From contig ADNK01002534.1 in NCBI GenBank assembly GCA_000320545.1, positions 1 to 42,172 on the forward strand: a DNA stretch of 42,172 bases, in the 5' to 3' direction. Positions 38,957 through 42,172 of the stretch are shown here, piece by piece; the stretch's first letter is position 1, and every line of letters begins with the position of its first letter. The position numbers and the translations under genes were made by a program. The notes beneath the pieces are model-generated. The model was given only the letters and a program-made list of their open reading frames with translations. It ran no database searches and was not told the origin of the DNA. This DNA comes from Bigelowiella natans CCMP2755 (lineage: Eukaryota > Protista > Cercozoa).

Positions 38957-39800
38957 AATCCTGACTCCTTTCTTCGTGCCCGTTGTTTTGTAGCGGGATT
39001 GGCCTTTTAGGCTCCGTAGCTGCGCCAAGGAACAGCAGAAAAAATCGGCATTGTAAGTGATAGCTCGGCATCATAGGTGATATGCTTCTCTTGAATCGTC
39101 TATATCCCCATACCCATAACGTTCACTGCTCCCACGACCTCTAGCCTCCCCACTATGTAAACTAGTGCATAGTTTAAGTTACTTTCATCATTTCGAAAAC
39201 CCCGATAGGCTCTACATAGAACGAGTTCTCCTGGCCCATCTGGCTCAGGACCCATCTGCATGAATAATGGGATTTCAGACGTGGATGAGGAGAGAAAATA
39301 CCAAAATAGGCGGCTATCTATTTTCTCTCTAGCAGATTCGGCAGTGAACAGCGACCCTGTGTAAATCTTCCAGACATCTTGATACACGGAGTGACTGATT
39401 AAGTTTCCTGATATAATGTACGGTAGGCCTTGAGCAATGCGTTGACGCATTATTATTGTGGAAGGAGCTCTCGTGTGTTGTTTCAGGAGTTAGGCAAAAC
39501 CTAGTTTAACTTTTCCAGTCCCCTCCTCCATGATGTAGAGGCCAACTACGAGAGAAAGGGGTGAGAAAGGGGTGGAGGGGATTGGCGGGTTTCGGCGATG
39601 GAATATTCAATGTTATATTTTAAATATTTCATGAGAATGTGCAGCTTTATGTCAATATGAGTAATCTCACCGCAGTCATTGATCAGATCCTGGAGCGTGT
39701 ACATGGTTTCCCACCTCCTCTCACGAGAAAAATAAGAAAAACCAATGTACAAAGGCGCTCCTATCTGCTCCTGGCTAGTTGCTTGGGAATTTTCCTGATG
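38957..39800 (-). CDS. Unresolved multi-exon coding segment upstream of the dynein (separate small gene or further dynein 5' exons)
   Basis: Phase-compatible GT-AG exons give ...RWETMYTLQDLINDC|VGLYIMEEGTGKVKL|GNLISHSVYQDVWKIYTG... One path ends ...VNVM|ATEPKRPIPLQNNGHEERSQD*. No recognised homologue; several splice paths are possible. Confidence 0.35.
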
Positions 39801-41318
39801 ATATTATCACAAAGCCATGAAATCAATTTGGTTCAAGGAATCTCCCCTCGAGAAGAATTTCTGTATGTGATGTGAGACACAGCAGGTTAACTAGCGATGA
39901 TATGTTTTTTGTGAGTAAAAAATACTACAGTGCCATCATGCGTATTCCCTCCCCGAAAATGATACAGCTAATTCTAGACGTCTCACTGTCTCTCCCTTTA
40001 GATGTGATAAGCTATAACTACGCAGGTGGTTCTCATTCTCTAATTTTTCTGGTCCCAAAGACTGGAAATTCATAAACGTTTCATTGCATCTGAACTTCCC
40101 ACATCTATCCCGAAAAATACTGCTTCGCATGTCAAAAAGGAAAGAGTTACTCTCTCAACAGTGATGATGCAAAGAACCCATCAGCGAAAAGGAATATCAG
40201 GCACCGAAATGAAGGGAGGGGGGACAGTAACGTACACTCTAAATTATGGGAAACGCAAACAGAACTCGAGAGACATCAGGAGATAATTGAATCGCCGTGA
40301 ATTTAGCCTAATAAATCTGATTTAAAGGTTGTCGTCTTAGTAAGACATAGTATATTTATCGATTTATATGTTTTCAGGTCTAATTTCAAAGTCAAATTTT
40401 GCAATAAGTATCCAAAAATTGAATACGTCCAGTATACGACAACACTATGGGCCAGTAATTACCTCATATCGACATATTTTTAAATATTTATGTGCCCTGG
40501 GCTGAAGAAACTTATAGATTTAATCTGATTAGAAGATTTTCGTTTTCAGCCCAATAAATAGTATACGACATGAAATAGGACAAAGATATCTGATATTTCG
40601 CTTCAATTGGAACTCTTCGACGAACGCAAGGCCGGATTGATCTCTGTAATTTTCCCAGAAATTCAACACAAGTGACGCCTTCATAATTTTTGGATTTTGA
40701 TTTTTTTCCAAGTCGCAAATGTAAATAGCGCATATTAGGGACCCTATTTATGTGCGTCCCTCCCCAACTTGTGGCAGAGAAAGCAATTTTCAAACTAGCT
40801 TCTACGACGTTTGCTTCTCGGGGAAGGCTATTTTGTTCCAAATAATACATACGACAAATAAGGTATGCATATTTTGGTTAATATCCTCTGTATTTCTCGC
40901 ACATATTCTTTCACGGTCCTTCCCTGGCCCAACTGAAATTTCACTTCAGTGCGAAGGTTTGTGTTTTGCTGTGGCGAACGTCCTTCGGTGAGATGTGAAG
41001 AGAGCACCAGTGCGTGATTTCAAAACTTTCATCGGCGGGGCCTTACGGGGTAGATTTTCTGTATCACTCGTTGCGTCGGCGATTGTCGGAGCCTTCACTT
41101 GTCTCTGTGGAGGCCCGTCGTGTGCGGAAACTTTCGGGGAACGTAGATATAACTTTGTTTGTTTTCCCTATTATGAATAGCGTTGGATTGCTGCGGTCAG
41201 GAACTCGGGACAAATGAGGTTTGAAACATCACCGTGATAATTTTGTCCGTACGGGTTGCATGGCGAATGAATGAAAGAGCTCGCGTTCCCGCTAGTTGTG
41301 TACACCCGCACTCGACAG

Positions 41319-42172
41319 AATGGCAATTTTGACGAGAATGTTAATCTCAGCGGTGGCACAAGCAACGTCCCTGTCAGGGACGGGTCTTTGACAAATGCTC
41401 AGAATACGAGTGGGCCTGTGCGACAGAAGGGCATTGTAGCGGTTGTCAAGGCGACTAGGTATTTAGTTTCCTCTCCGTATGAGAAGTGGGGGGTGAAGGG
41501 ATGAATTCGCAATGCTCATTTGATGTTCTTTTTCAGTCGTACTGGATTCATTCGACCCATCGATAGAAGCGAAAAGGTTGTGTGCATTTACGGAACTGAC
41601 CGCTTGAAGTGTAATTCAGTGCGATGATACGTTGTTTGCCGCAGGTTTTCTTCCACTTCGCAAGCGTCGCTCCGGTATTATTATTATTTTTTCAAACCAT
41701 TGTTCCAACTACTACTTTTGCTGCTGAGAGAGAGAGACAACAACGTATTACTTGAGATGGAAAGAAGCTGGCCAAAAACACGTCTGTTAACACCCTTCTT
41801 ATTCCCCCCTCCGCCTCCATACAATGACGACGTAGTTCAAGGCACGTGGGGACCCTGTGGTGGGAGATAACGTCGACTTCATCTTACAAATGGGTAGTAG
41901 CAGCATCCACCATCCTTGATAGCTCCTCTCCCCCCCCCCCCAACACCCCCTTCCATTTTTCAATTATTCTCTCACCATCATCCCTACCCAGACGGAAACA
42001 GGGGTGTAGCCCAAGACGTCCTCTACCTCCCGGAGGGAACAGTGCAGTTTGAGAAAATAATAAAACAAGATGTTCCGGGAGTCCTGGCGAGGCCGTTGCA
42101 AGAGCATAAAGGAGCTCCGGGCTACTTCGGACGCATGAAAAAGGAGCAAACGGGCGGGCTTCTCCGCCCGTT
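41319..42172 (+). CDS. CSDE1: CSDE1/UNR-like cold-shock-domain RNA-binding protein, partial (start unresolved, 3' end beyond the window)
   Basis: Exons 41319-41458, 41537-41576, 41645-41674, 41836-41893, 41992->42172 give RQKGIVAVVKATSRTGFIRPIDRSEKVFFHFASV...VVGDNVDFIL...VAQDVLYLPEGTVQFE. This has the RNP-like GFI and VFFH motifs and the LPxGTVxFE linker typical of UNR-family proteins. Confidence 0.8.

Noticed and set aside
9680-42172. Functional clustering (CNOT1 with CSDE1 in mRNA turnover; Rab8-like with dynein in cilia)
   Set aside because: Mixed strands and no shared motif seen; adjacency alone is not evidence.

Overview
Eukaryotic nuclear DNA from a flagellated protist: intron-rich genes, GT-AG introns of about 50-450 nt, many with (TA)n/(CA)n/(GA)n tracts. 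The lineage cannot be fixed from sequence alone. Gene models were spliced by hand. In order: (1) a TKL-like protein kinase on the minus strand, running off the left edge; (2) an intronless low-complexity 308-aa ORF on plus; (3) a Rab8/Rab1-like GTPase on minus; (4) CNOT1/NOT1 on plus, about 2,300 aa; (5) a single-headed inner-arm axonemal dynein heavy chain of the DNAH3/7/12 class on minus, about 4,400 aa and about 33 introns; (6) unresolved minus-strand exons upstream of the dynein; (7) a CSDE1/UNR-like cold-shock-domain gene on plus, running off the right edge. No rRNA, tRNA, CRISPR array or intact transposon was seen. The main unexplained signals are: dense CTAG/CATG palindrome fields just past gene 3' ends (5970-6305 and 18660-19981), each containing TTGCATGCAA; an RIIa-like docking/dimerisation motif spliced in frame onto the dynein N-terminus; and two apparent 1-nt frameshifts at TGGGA in otherwise intact genes, most likely assembly errors.
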